64,000 bases of DNA. Origin: Auanema rhodensis (taxonomy: Eukaryota > Animalia > Nematoda). The notes beneath the pieces are model-generated. The model was not told the DNA's origin and did not search any database. It saw nothing but the letters and a program-made list of their open reading frames with translations. Shown here one piece after another: positions 13,368 through 25,000 of the stretch. The position numbers and the translations under genes were made by a program. Within the stretch, counting starts at the first letter, position 1, and every line of letters starts with the position of its first letter. The stretch covers positions 10,912,001-10,976,000 of the forward strand of contig OZ059900.1 of NCBI GenBank assembly GCA_964057225.1, given 5' to 3'.

Positions 13368-16295
13368 ATGTCACGAATTTTACCAGCTGCATTGAATTCA
13401 ACAGAGGATGATAAAAACAAAATTCGAAGGCATCCTCTAATGCCAGTTTTACAAGTGAGTAAATATTTGTTCTTATAAATATTAAAAAAAATTATTCAAT
13501 TACTAGGCTTTACTTCAAAGATGTGAGCAAATTTGTTTGTTGCAAAAACAAGAAAGTACTGCAGTTCCTGACCCCCTTAAAGTAAGTTTATGATTTTTGA
13601 TATTTAAACTTTGTTTGTGAACAAGATTTTTTATTTTTGTTTGTTCAATAGTGTTAAGCGCAAATATAATAATTTAAAACGATTATTCTATCGAAAATGA
13701 AACACAAGAGTAAAGAGAATTGTTCCTGAAATTGATATTGTTTTTTTTGCTTTAGCCATTAATAAAAAAACGTACCGAAAACATGCAATGAGTTTTGGCT
13801 ATCTCTTAAATAATTTCCAAATTGTGTGTTTAACATTCTCTGATCATCATATAGAATATGCGATGGCTGAAACTACAAGTATTTAATAGTTTACTAATTT
13901 TTACGTACGAGTCTTTGGTCATTATCGCTAAAAATCTGAGTTGTTGAATCCGTTGATAACGGAAATGGTGGATAATTAGCTGTAGAAGTGTAGAAGTCTG
14001 AAACAATTTTTATTAATACATTAGCTAATTACCTATAGTGTGGTTATCGAATTGATCGAAAGGACAGTACCATATGTTTGAGATACTGGATTAGTGGCAC
14101 TAAGTTTTTCGGGAGAATTCGGTACTGCAGTAGCTTCATCTGTAATTTATGTACCGGTAATGCTGCAAAAATTGTTGGAACTACTTGGCTGGGCAGATGA
14201 TATTTGGCTATCATAATAATACGGTTCGAACCCGTTCGTTGAAAAACTGTTGGGATATTCACTTCTACTGAAATCGTTCGATGTGTCCATTCTTTGTGTA
14301 GATTGATCATTATTATTCAAATAGCCGGTTGTGTGTCCTGGATCAAACTGATCAATCGAAGTTAGAGGGGTAGTAAGTTGAAAATTGGGTTTATTGCTGT
14401 TTGAACTCAATTCATTTCCAAAAGGATTATTTCCGACAGTAGTATCCTTGTTTACAAATTGAGGGTTTCCCATCTGAGTAGTAGGTTGTATCGATTCGCT
14501 GTTTTGACTAACTAATCGATTTGTATCAAAATTATTGTTATTGATATTTATTGGATGAGTAGTGCTTCTAAAGTCGATAGTGCTTGATATTGTTGCAGGA
14601 GTTGCTTGAGAAGAGATCAATTGATTTTCATCAAACAATGGACCTGATTGCAATATAGTAGATGGTGTTTCATTCGAAAAGTTGGGAGGAAATGGGTTTT
14701 GCTCTGAGCCAGATTCGCTTCCTCTTGGTGTGCTCGTCTGTTGAATCATTATATTAGGGTTCATAGTAGGAACCGAAGACACTGCAACTGGCCCGTTAGA
14801 TATCCCAACACCAGCTCCATTATTTGTATTTATGTAATTGCCAGACGTGTTTGGCAATGTGAAATTCTAGAACATTCAATGTAGTTTTGAAAAATAAAAA
14901 AAGCCTTGTACATAAATATTGTTGCTGGAACTTGCAATAGTATTCTTCTGATTACCTGAATATTGCCATACTTGAAGATTATTTTGAACTATCATCTAAA
15001 ACACATTCTGTAGTCGAATATGCTTTGTTTTTATATTCATATATAATTATATACATATATAGATAAAGCATTATACCCTATTTATTTGTGGTTCCGCATA
15101 AACTGAGTCAAACTTTTGACCATTCACACCATTTTCAACTAAATTAGTAGTTAATTGCGCGAATATTAAAAAATATCTAATGACTCACCTTGAATCATTT
15201 TTTGGTTAGGAGATGTTGGACGGTTGTTTTCATTAGAGCAGCAAGTGCTATAAATCAAATAATAGAATAGTAGTTTAATGAAGATTTAATTAAAGTAGTC
15301 AACCTTTTTTAATATTCATTCAAATTCACAGTTGTGATTCATAGAAAAATTTGAGAAAAAAGATGTTTCATTTAGTTTTTGCGTTTATTCATTTTTTTTC
15401 TTCGCTTACCTGTCATTTGGCACAGCAATAGCTTGGAGAGGAACTACATTTAGAAATTGCGGGCAAATAACAGCAGCATGTTCTAATTGGAATAAAGCAT
15501 TCTAACAATTAAAATTTGAGAGTAATGAGTTGAAACATAGACTTACCAGTATTATGGCTATCGTAATCATTATAGCGAGAAACGGAGTGACTCTGTTTTG
15601 TCGTTTTGCCGTTGATATTCTGCAGGTAGTCAAATATGAAACTAGTGCGAACCCTCTCCAAGATGCTCAAACTACAAAATTGGCAAATAAAAACCGGAAA
15701 TTGTCCAGAAATTTAGCAAACAAACTTCAATTTTCTGACATATCCTGTTTGAATTAATTCCAATTTCGTTTTGACTCATGGAAAAAAATTATTTTTTTCT
15801 CTTCAAGTTTTTAAAATTTTTCTAAGTTTTATACGTTTGCTTTGTTTTCAGTTGCTTAAGTATATGGACAGTATAGGTATTTCACCAGAGACGGCCGATA
15901 ATACATTAGATGCTCTGATGTGGAATACAGCACTTATGTTACAAATTTTTATTGCTGAACTAGATAAAGTAGGAACACTCACGGATTCATTCGCAGAAAA
16001 TTATAAGAGTGCTGATCATTATTTTGTGTTAAAGCATTATATTTTTTCAGATGGCTTGAAAAATAGGTTAACACATACAAGCATGTGCGGGTCTCCGACC
16101 GATTTTGAAGATGATTTGGTAATTTATTCATATGATCGATAAAACTATTTTTTTCTTAAGATAACAGTACTAGAAGAATCCAACTCGCTAGCCACCATAA
16201 TGACTTCCGAAGGCGCAATTTCAATAACTGTTCCTCAATCCAGTTTGGAAAACTCAAGTATTATTAACACGATTTGCGATAAAGATTATCGATGA
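13368..16295 (+). CDS. psa-3: MEIS/PREP (MEINOX) domain protein lacking a homeodomain, PSA-3-like, about 173 aa
   Basis: Exons 13368-13454, 13507-13581, 15852-16008, 16051-16118 and 16161-16295 join in frame. They give MEIS-A (DKNKIRRHPLMPVLQALLQRCE) and MEIS-B (LDALMWNTALMLQIFIAELDKVGTLTDSFAENYKNGLKNRL). No homeobox follows. Confidence 0.72.
13688..15570 (-). CDS. Nested antisense gene: secreted S/T/N/P-rich mucin-like protein with a probable GPI-anchor signal
   Basis: About 10 exons splice in frame. There is a hydrophobic N-terminus (MITIAIILNALFQLEHAAVIC), a long low-complexity exon (ORF 14147-14857) and a hydrophobic C-terminus (SLHVFGTILFTLVFHFR*). The gene lies wholly within intron 2 of the psa-3-like gene. 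The start codon is uncertain. Confidence 0.65.
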
Positions 16296-16971
16296 AACTA
16301 ATTTACTACTTCTGAAAAACACAGCCGTATACAACAGTATTGATTTTATCTATCTTGACGAAATGATATGAATATTTAATGTTATTGAAAGAATTGAAAA
16401 TATGATTCAATCAACATATCAAAATTAAAAACACAGAGTAGATTTTATTTATTTTATTTATAAAATTATAACGAGATTAAACAAGCAAAACGATTATAGC
16501 GATCTTGTCCTCACGATAGAAATAGAGTATTCGTTTCGTTTTGTTCATTATGATTGATTGAAATTAATACTAAGCACATTTCCTTCTCTCAGCCCATTTT
16601 ACAACACGAAAGTTCATTGCTTATTCGCAGGAAGAGTCTACCCATTTCAAAGCAAGTAACAACATTGGAAGTGCCTCAAAGTAACATAAAACTGCGCCCT
16701 GCTCCTTTCTTTTCATCCGTTGACACAAGTCACATCATGACTTATTGATGGTTAGCGACGATGCTTTCCGCAAATTGTTTGCATTTTCAATAATGTTAGC
16801 CTATTTGGTTTCGTCTTCAATATGTTTTACTTTTTCCAGATTTCTTTCTCAACAATCAAATTATTCTTGGTTTATGAAAAAAAGTATTTTTTATTCAAGC
16901 ATGTGTTCGATTTGTCGTTTGCTGAATGTTTTTTGCCTATTTTGTAAAGATTCTATTTAGTATCATTGAGG

Positions 16972-17723
16972 ATGAATTTTATTGCGGTGTATGCTCTCAT
17001 TGTCTTCAATGCCACTTTAATTTCAGGTAATACTGTTTGATCTATTCAATATTCAATTATATGATCAAATTTTTTTGTATCAGACATATATTTTTTGCAG
17101 CTTCTTGTTTATATATGCAGAAGTTAAATTTTGTTGGTGGTACATTCGAAGAGTTTACGACTCAAGACAAGATTGCTTGTTGCATCGCCTGCTCTAATGA
17201 GCGTTGCTGTTTAGCTTATTCCTTTCATCGTGAGACACACAAGTATCTTTTGACTCTCTCGCTAATTTAATATGCACATGCATCAGTACTATTAATACAT
17301 TTTTAGATGCTATCTCAAATCAGCTTTTGGATATTCAGTGGAAGATGATCAATTTGTTAGCGGTTTAAATGCCAATGTGAACTGTGAGCAATTATAAAAA
17401 CAACGTGTGCATAAAATTATCTTTTTAAAGATGGAAAAGCTGTTAGACTTCGAAATGTTAAAATCAACGGGGCAAAAGCAGAACCTGTCAGGTTGGACAA
17501 TGAAAATGATTGCAGATTATTTTGTTCAGGTTTACTTTTTAAATTTTTTCATTGATGTTACTTGTTTCATACAAAAATAGAGTTTCCAGCATATAGCATC
17601 TACTCATGGTTTAAAAGCAACGAAGAAAAGGGCATGTGCTCCTGTCTAAGACGCGTTATAGGATTACAATACAAGCATGGCTATACAGCATACATTTCAC
17701 CCGGATCTGACAACAAGTTTTGA
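16972..17723 (+). CDS. Small secreted PAN/apple-domain protein
   Basis: Signal peptide MNFIAVYALIVFNATLISA, PAN cysteine pattern CCIACSNERCCLAYSF...CYLKS, and a second degenerate Cys module (DCRLFCS...GMCSC). Confidence 0.75.
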
Positions 17724-18097
17724 TTATATATTTTTCTCAACGGAATAGAGTTGAATTAACCGAGACTAAAAATGGTTCAGTACTTAACGTTAATAGTTTG
17801 GCTTTCATTACAAACATAAATTACAATATTGCTTCACCTTTGACATTATTTTAAATGTTCTATTTTAATGTTGTATACATATTTTTCATTTATTTTATAC
17901 TTATTTACGTGTCTCTTAGTAATATCAGCCCTTTTCTTGCATTTTATCGGCACATAAAAACCTAGTTTTCTGACTGATTTGAAAGATTGTAGGTAATAAT
18001 AAAAATTCATTTATGATTCAACTATTTTGAATTATATATGGCTTCATATATGATTAATTGAATGGGTTTCAACACATGATCTTGAAATCATTGGAAG

Positions 18098-19937
18098 TTA
18101 ATGGTCTGTGCTACTACTGGTGATCTGAATGAAGCGAGAATATAAATTTAAAAAATAGAAACAATTACTCTGCTGGTTGCTGATCCAATGAAACGTCCAG
18201 TAGAACTTGCATGGGATTCAGTTTGTATTACCCTGCGCGATTCTATAAAAAAACAATGAAATGATTGCTATTTTTTTAAATGGGATGTATATTTTTACCA
18301 AACACTCCACCAAGAACTGTCGTATCTTGTCGTGCTATGTTTTCATCTATCAAATGACGAAGACTGCCACGATTTTCTTCTTCTACCATCATTTTGCGAT
18401 ATATGGCAATTTCAGCGTCCAAACTCTATAATATTCGAGTTAATAATAACAAATACGAGTTCAAATACAGTTTTGGTATCCAAGAGTGTTTGCAGCTCAA
18501 GCATAAGCGCTTGACAATCTTCGCGCATTTTTCTAATGCTGGCATCACGATCACTGATAGCAGCTTCATAGGATCTATAAAATATTTGTGAAAAGTTTTA
18601 AAATACTGCTAGGTTATTGAACACATATAGTTCATGTGATTCATATTACCTGTGTTCGTCTTCTAGAGCGTAGTTGAGTTCTTGTATCTGCTTCTCAAGC
18701 ATGAGATTTCTTCCTTCCATTTCAGACAACTTTCTTCTCATTTCAGTTAAACTGTCTCTGTGTCTCTTAATTTCTTCACGAGCTTGATTTTGTTCAAGAG
18801 AAGAAGCTTTAGATTGATTTTGGATCTCAATAACCATTTTTCTATACCATGAATCCATATCTTGTCTTGTTGCAGAACTTATCTATATTATATAAAAATA
18901 ACTTAGCAATTGGTTTTTTTTGATTACTTTATCATATTCGGAACGAATTTCGCGAATAGCAGCAGAAAGCTCTTTCTTGAAATACTCGCGATTTTCAGGT
19001 GTTGTATCACGGTGAGCTTGAACGACAAGCTCATTCATTTCCTAAAACTGAATATGTTGAATAGTTCTGTTTTCCATCTTACCGTAGCCTGCTGTCTTCC
19101 CAAAACTTCACAGTCCTCCAGTAAAGACTTGACACGGTTTTCAAACGTAATACGGGAAGCCAATTCAGTTTCAATACCCTGTAAAAATCATTAAAGAATT
19201 AAATAAGACATAAAAAATATTACAGTCTTATTGCATGATAGTTCTCCGCTGAGGCGCTGATTTTCTCTCTTAATACGGGCGATTTCGTCCTCAACGACAA
19301 GAATACGGCGTCTAATGAGATTGATCTAAGAGTCAAATATAATCCTGTCAAAAAATAAATAAAATACTTCAGCCTCAATTTCAGCTAATTTCATCAACAA
19401 AGCATCAGCGTCCTGTCTGGAAGCTTGACGGTTGAGTACAGCTTCTTCATATTTCTTTTTCATATCATTCAATTCAGTAATTAAACGACGAATTTCTTGC
19501 TCCAATCCTTCTCGTTGTCTGTTGGAGTCGTCGATAAGGGTATGAGCGGTCTAGTTTACAAAATAAAACTTTAGTACAAAATTATTCACACCTTAATTTC
19601 ACTTTCGCACATCATTTTAACGGATGTAGTGTCAGAACCCCATCTGGATCGAAGAGCCTCTAAGTCGGTAGCCAACTTACGGTTCTGAGCTTCGAGGAAA
19701 CGAACTTTCTCGATATAGCTGGCCAATCTATCGTTCAGATCAGCCATTTCTCTCTTTTCCCTCTCACGGGTATCCCTGATGGAAGAAGCAATAGTTGCGC
19801 CAGTATCCGAGAGCCCAGAATTCAAATTATCTTCAATAAACATGAAAATTAATACACCGATGAAATATTCATTTACGGGAAGTACTATACTGGTGTATAG
19901 ACCGCATGTAACTAGCTCCACTGCCGAAAGTACTCAT
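18098..19937 (-). CDS. Cytoplasmic intermediate filament protein, IFA-like, with a very short tail
   Basis: Coil 1[33 protein letters not shown], the IFA-typical [23 protein letters not shown], and rod end [18 protein letters not shown]. The protein stops about 55 aa later (ITSSSTDH*). Confidence 0.9.
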
Positions 19938-20059
19938 GTTTGATCTACAATTTTGCATAGTTATTAAAAGAACAAATTAAAAAAAAAGTTTAAAATATTA
20001 TAAAGCAAGAGTTAATAGGAACCACCGGCTGTCAATATAGCAGTGAAAGCAACTGCGTA

Positions 20060-20277
20060 ACTGATAATATTTGTTCGTATGAACTGATAGCGATGGCAAA
20101 GACATAATAATCAGCATTTAAGCCCGATTTTAAAATTTTATTGAATTGATAAGATCGTATCAATGAATCACTCGTAAGTTTTCAAGAGAACAATACTCTT
20201 GCTGACAAGTGATGAGTGCTCAGCTATAAACAACTATCTCATGACGTGGGCACAGAAAAGATCTTAACTCATTATCA
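20060..20277. promoter_or_regulatory. Cluster of GATA (TGATAA/TGATAG) sites upstream of the intermediate filament gene
   Basis: ACTGATAA (20060), ACTGATAG, TTGATAAG (20146) and TTATCA (about 20272) fall within 350 bp of the ATG. The AT-rich background makes chance matches likely. Confidence 0.3.
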
Positions 20278-21739
20278 TTTTAAATATGGCGTTAATTCAA
20301 ACAGAAAACTTCTTAAACCCGTTCAACAAATTTTTGAATAAATTTGATATGAGATTCAAAATACTATTGAAACTATCATTTTGATACTAATGTTTCAATG
20401 ACTATTACAAATTCAATAAATATAAAAAACAAAAAATGTATTCAAAATACAATACCTGAACACGTTGGAATTTATGGTGTAGTTGTTATTTTCCTGAAAC
20501 ATGATTCATTCCATAATTTAACTAGTTTTGTTATGTTCTGAATATTACCATACGTTGAATTTGACGTTCAACTTTCATTTGATTGTGTGCCCTCTCTTTA
20601 TCTGGCACATCGCATGTATCTTTATTAAAATAAAGTGGTTGCGAGGCTGTCTCTTCTGAAACAAAAAATGTTTTTTTTAAATAGATATTGGAAGACATAC
20701 GTTGAGAGATATTACCCAATAATGATAACGTATCATAGTCTTTCGTGGTATTCTTAGCAAAAGAAACTAAATAATGAAGTTTGTTTCCAAATATTTCTTT
20801 CCTTTTTTTACCGTCAATATTATATGGCTCAGAATAACTCAATGATGCCTCAATCTTAATCGGTACAGAAAACTGGGTATCTTTTTCATTTTCGACTGAA
20901 AATGTTTTTCTTCCATAAAAAAAATAGTATCTAAGTAAAAATCAACAAACCATCACAAATATCATGAGTTAATATTGTTTTCCTCGTGTGAGGGAATTTT
21001 TCTTTCTTTTGAGGGATATCATAAAAAACATCTATATCTTTTTCCTTAAATATATGATTATTTAAAATACAAAAATATTTCTATATTTTCATAGAAAGCA
21101 GAAAACAAAAATACTCACATGTAGGTGTGGATTTGAAAAAGTTATGAAAATTTGACATAGTTTATCGGTAATGCTGACAGAGCCGTGTGGGCCTTCAATT
21201 TATTAAAATTATATGTCGAAAACAATAAAACTAATAGTACAACAAAGCTATAACGAATCTTATTTATATCAGGACAGAAATGGTTTGTGAATATGTGGTA
21301 CATATTTCTGAATAATGTACAATAGTAGTGACTAGCATGAGAAGCGATGATTTACTAAAAAGTCCATAAATTAAATTTCATCCGATTACTATAATAAAAT
21401 ATTCGAAAATACCAATGCATTAAATGTGTATTATAAATCAAAAATTGTTATAATGTAACAAATGGCTTTAAATCATCCATTTAATATATATTATAAGGTA
21501 ATTCTATTTTACCACGTATTGTGAAAAATAAAACTCTTCGTTAACGATTACTGGCAGAAAAACTCTTTTGCTTACATTTTTTGTAACAGCTTTGGACTTT
21601 CATTACTTTTATTTTGATGGACTTCAGAAGTAAATATCATGACAAAACTCAAATATTTGTTCAAGTTTCAGCTATATTTTAATTTGATTTCATTATTAAT
21701 ATGATATAAAACTGCAGATATTCATTTCATTAAAAATAT

Positions 21740-21740
<1 letters not shown>

Positions 21741-21774
<34 letters not shown>
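21741..21774. repeat. Compound microsatellite (CA)7(TA)10
   Basis: Directly visible in the sequence. Confidence 0.95.
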
Positions 21775-21775
<1 letters not shown>

Positions 21776-22018
21776 TATAGTGCTCCTGTGCTTTCAATTT
21801 TTTGCTTCATGTGAGCATGAGCTTACATTAATTGCGGTTCAGGGAACATAACGACCTATTGGGCATCAATAAATAGGCTACCACTTCCTTTAGAAAGAAA
21901 TGCTGCAATTATCTCTGCTAGTCTTTCTTCCGTTCTGCGCTACTCAATGCTTGTACAACTTCCACTATATACTAACATACTTCAATCTCGATTTCTAGCT
22001 AATTTCTAACTATTTAAT

Positions 22019-25000
22019 ATGCTTTTAACCACATTTATTAGTTTTCTTATAATTGAAGTTCGGGCTCACTTGTTCACCCTATCAGGTAACCATTCATAAT
22101 AATTCTCAATTTGAAACAGTAGCGCAATATCATAGGATTACGCATGAGGCTGCCTGGTCAGTGTCATTTAGGAGATTTTGATTGTGGTTTAGGTGAATGC
22201 ATCCCTGTCACTTCATTTCATAATGGTCAACCAGACTGTAAAGATGGTAGCGATGAATGTAATTTTTTTGGGTATTATTTCTTCCCACAAATCTCATCCT
22301 AGGGTGTTTTTTTGGTCAGATTAAGTGTGGTTCCAAGTGCGTTAACTTTCTAGATAATAATGCCTGTTGGAAAAAATATGAAGGCATCAATTATTTCTAA
22401 TTTTATATTATATTATACTCTATTTGAAGATAAAAGCATCAATTGCCACATTGTTAATCCGTTTCCTTGTAAAGGATATGGACAGATAGTACCGTTTTCA
22501 TCTTTAATGAATGCTGTTTTTGACTGTATTGACAAAAGTGATGAAGGTAAAATGAATATCCAACGAATGTGTTTATCACAATTCTTAATGTTTGTCTTTG
22601 TAGATGCAGAATATGTCAGAACTCTAGAAAGTAGTTTCCGGTGCTGGTACAGTAAAACAAATGCAAATTCACCTTCCCGAATTGTACCGGTTATGGATAG
22701 CAATTTTATTGATTTATTGGGAGGAAAAGGCAGTAGTATCAATGGTGAATCACCGAAGAATCAAAACACTAGTATGCGTTCAAATACTGGAATACCATTG
22801 GCAAGCATTCGAGAAGGCGAAGGATTAACGCAATCCAAATTGGTGTCTTTTGCTATTCGTCCAATACAAAAAAACGGAAATAATACCATATTTACGACTG
22901 AAGACCATCATAGATCACTAAATCTTGAAAATCAAGAAAGAAATCCATCCAAAACTTTTTTAATTCCTGGAACAAACAATCTACCACCACCTCTTCCTAG
23001 TTTTACTTTGTATAAACCTGCTGAAAAAAATATATCTACAACTAATATAGGAGTATTTGCAAGTGTTCCGAAAAATTTGATGAAGAACAACAGCTTTTTT
23101 ATAAATCCAAACTCGTCATCAATTGCACAGACACAAGTGTCTTCACATGTCAACGATATATGGGTTTTCTCCAAGAATCTCATTTCTGATGCATCATCTA
23201 TGAAACCTAGAACAATGGCGACTTTTCATATAAAACAGGAACTTCCAACTCAAACTAATATACCAAAAGTGCCTTTTAGAAATTTCAAACCTAATATTTC
23301 AAGTTTATCTCAACAACCATTTATAGATGATAGTGAATATGAATCAACTCTGTTCTTTCCAAAACACATCAATTCAAAAAACAAATCCGACAATGAACAA
23401 AACGAAGGAAAGTCGACAAAATTTTATCCATTTTCATTTCTGCCAACATCAGTCCCATTCAACACAACAGAAAACAGCAAAAAATTCACAATACATACGG
23501 AATTGTTAACAACAGCAGTCACAAATCATATTGAAATGCCAGATTCTCGAGCTAGATTTTCCAAGATTTCGAGTGAAGCGGTCACAATTAAGGATGTGAC
23601 ACCTTTGTCAAACAAGATTACCGCCCAAATCTCCGAAACCAATAATAGGAAAGCCATAAATGTTGAGTTGTCAAGAAAGAACTTAATGAAATCAGTTATT
23701 CCGGATGAAGAAACAACCACAAGGCAGACAAAAAAAATTATGGCTTTATCAACGCCATCCACCATTCTTTCTATTGGAAACAATAAGAAAATATTTACAA
23801 CTGACGAAAATGTAATTCAAACTATTGTGAAAATGAATGCTGAAATTTCATCGACTGCTCCAGCAGTGTTAGCTCCTAGAATCGATTTCATTGCTAATGT
23901 TCCTAATGAAGGTGCTCATCATATAAGCGGAAATAGAAGTTATGAAGAAAAATGCTCAGAACGAATATCACAATATCTTAATTCTCTCCCTAACATACCT
24001 ATATGCAAATTCAATAATTCATATTCTGGTAAGCATCAGAAAATATATTCAAATACTTTTTTTCAGTACCAAGTAAACATGCGTACTTCAAATTATACAT
24101 TGATAACATTTGTGGTCTTCGAAATAATTTCTCAGAAGCTCAATCAAACATGTTAATAGTATATCAAGTAAAATGAAAAATAATTCAGAATTTTATATTT
24201 ATTTATTTAGTTGCATCAGTATAACATCAGCACATGCTTCGATGATGAATCAGCTAATCGTATTTTATTACAGTGTGTTAACTGTAATTTTGAAGAGAAA
24301 TTGTTTAATAATGACTTTAATCACATCAAATTAAGAGCAGAGTGTTTGTTTTTTTCTTATAAATTAATTCAATATCATGCCCTATTCAGCAATTGTGTTC
24401 AATAACTGCGATACTGTTCATGTTCATTATAATAGGGAATGCACATCTTGTAACTTGGATCCTAATGGCACCGTGTGCTTCTGTGAAAACTCCTGCACAG
24501 AAAGGTGAACAGTTATTAGATCTTAAAAATTTACAGTTGTTGGTTTTTTTCAGTCATCTGTTCTATGTCCTTGTACTATTGGCTATAGCACTTGCTTTCG
24601 TATTTTGTTGCTGTTTATTTAAACTCTTGTGTATATCATTCGATAAGATAAAGTCATATTTAAAAGTAATTATAGCAACTTTTTAATTTTATATTTCTGT
24701 ATGTATTTTAGTCACTTTTCCAACAAATTAAAACCTTTTTTGAAAAAAAGAGAAAAACCTCGAAGTATGGAACTAAAAAGGAGTCAATATCACAAGAAAC
24801 TCGAAATCTGTCAATCTCAGGTTGTTTAATATTTTTAAAATCCATTATAGAAAACAAATTTAGCCATTTTAGAAGCAGTACCTTTAACAAATACTAGAAA
24901 GATAGGAACGATTCCGAGAAAACATGCAATTATTAACGATGTATGTAATTTTTCAGTTACAATCAAATTTAATTCAATTCAGACAACGGATGATCAGTTA

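Noticed and set aside
14142-14156. Apparent 15-nt intron (gtacataaattacag, minus strand) in the nested gene
   Set aside because: An upstream GTAGTT donor gives a normal 45-nt intron to the same acceptor in the same frame.
20531-20842. 103-aa minus-strand ORF in the 20-22 kb intergenic gap
   Set aside because: Non-ATG start, no motif and no convincing splice partners.
22413-23783. Antisense ORFs over the long mucin exon
   Set aside because: Shadow frames of a long coding exon with no independent features.
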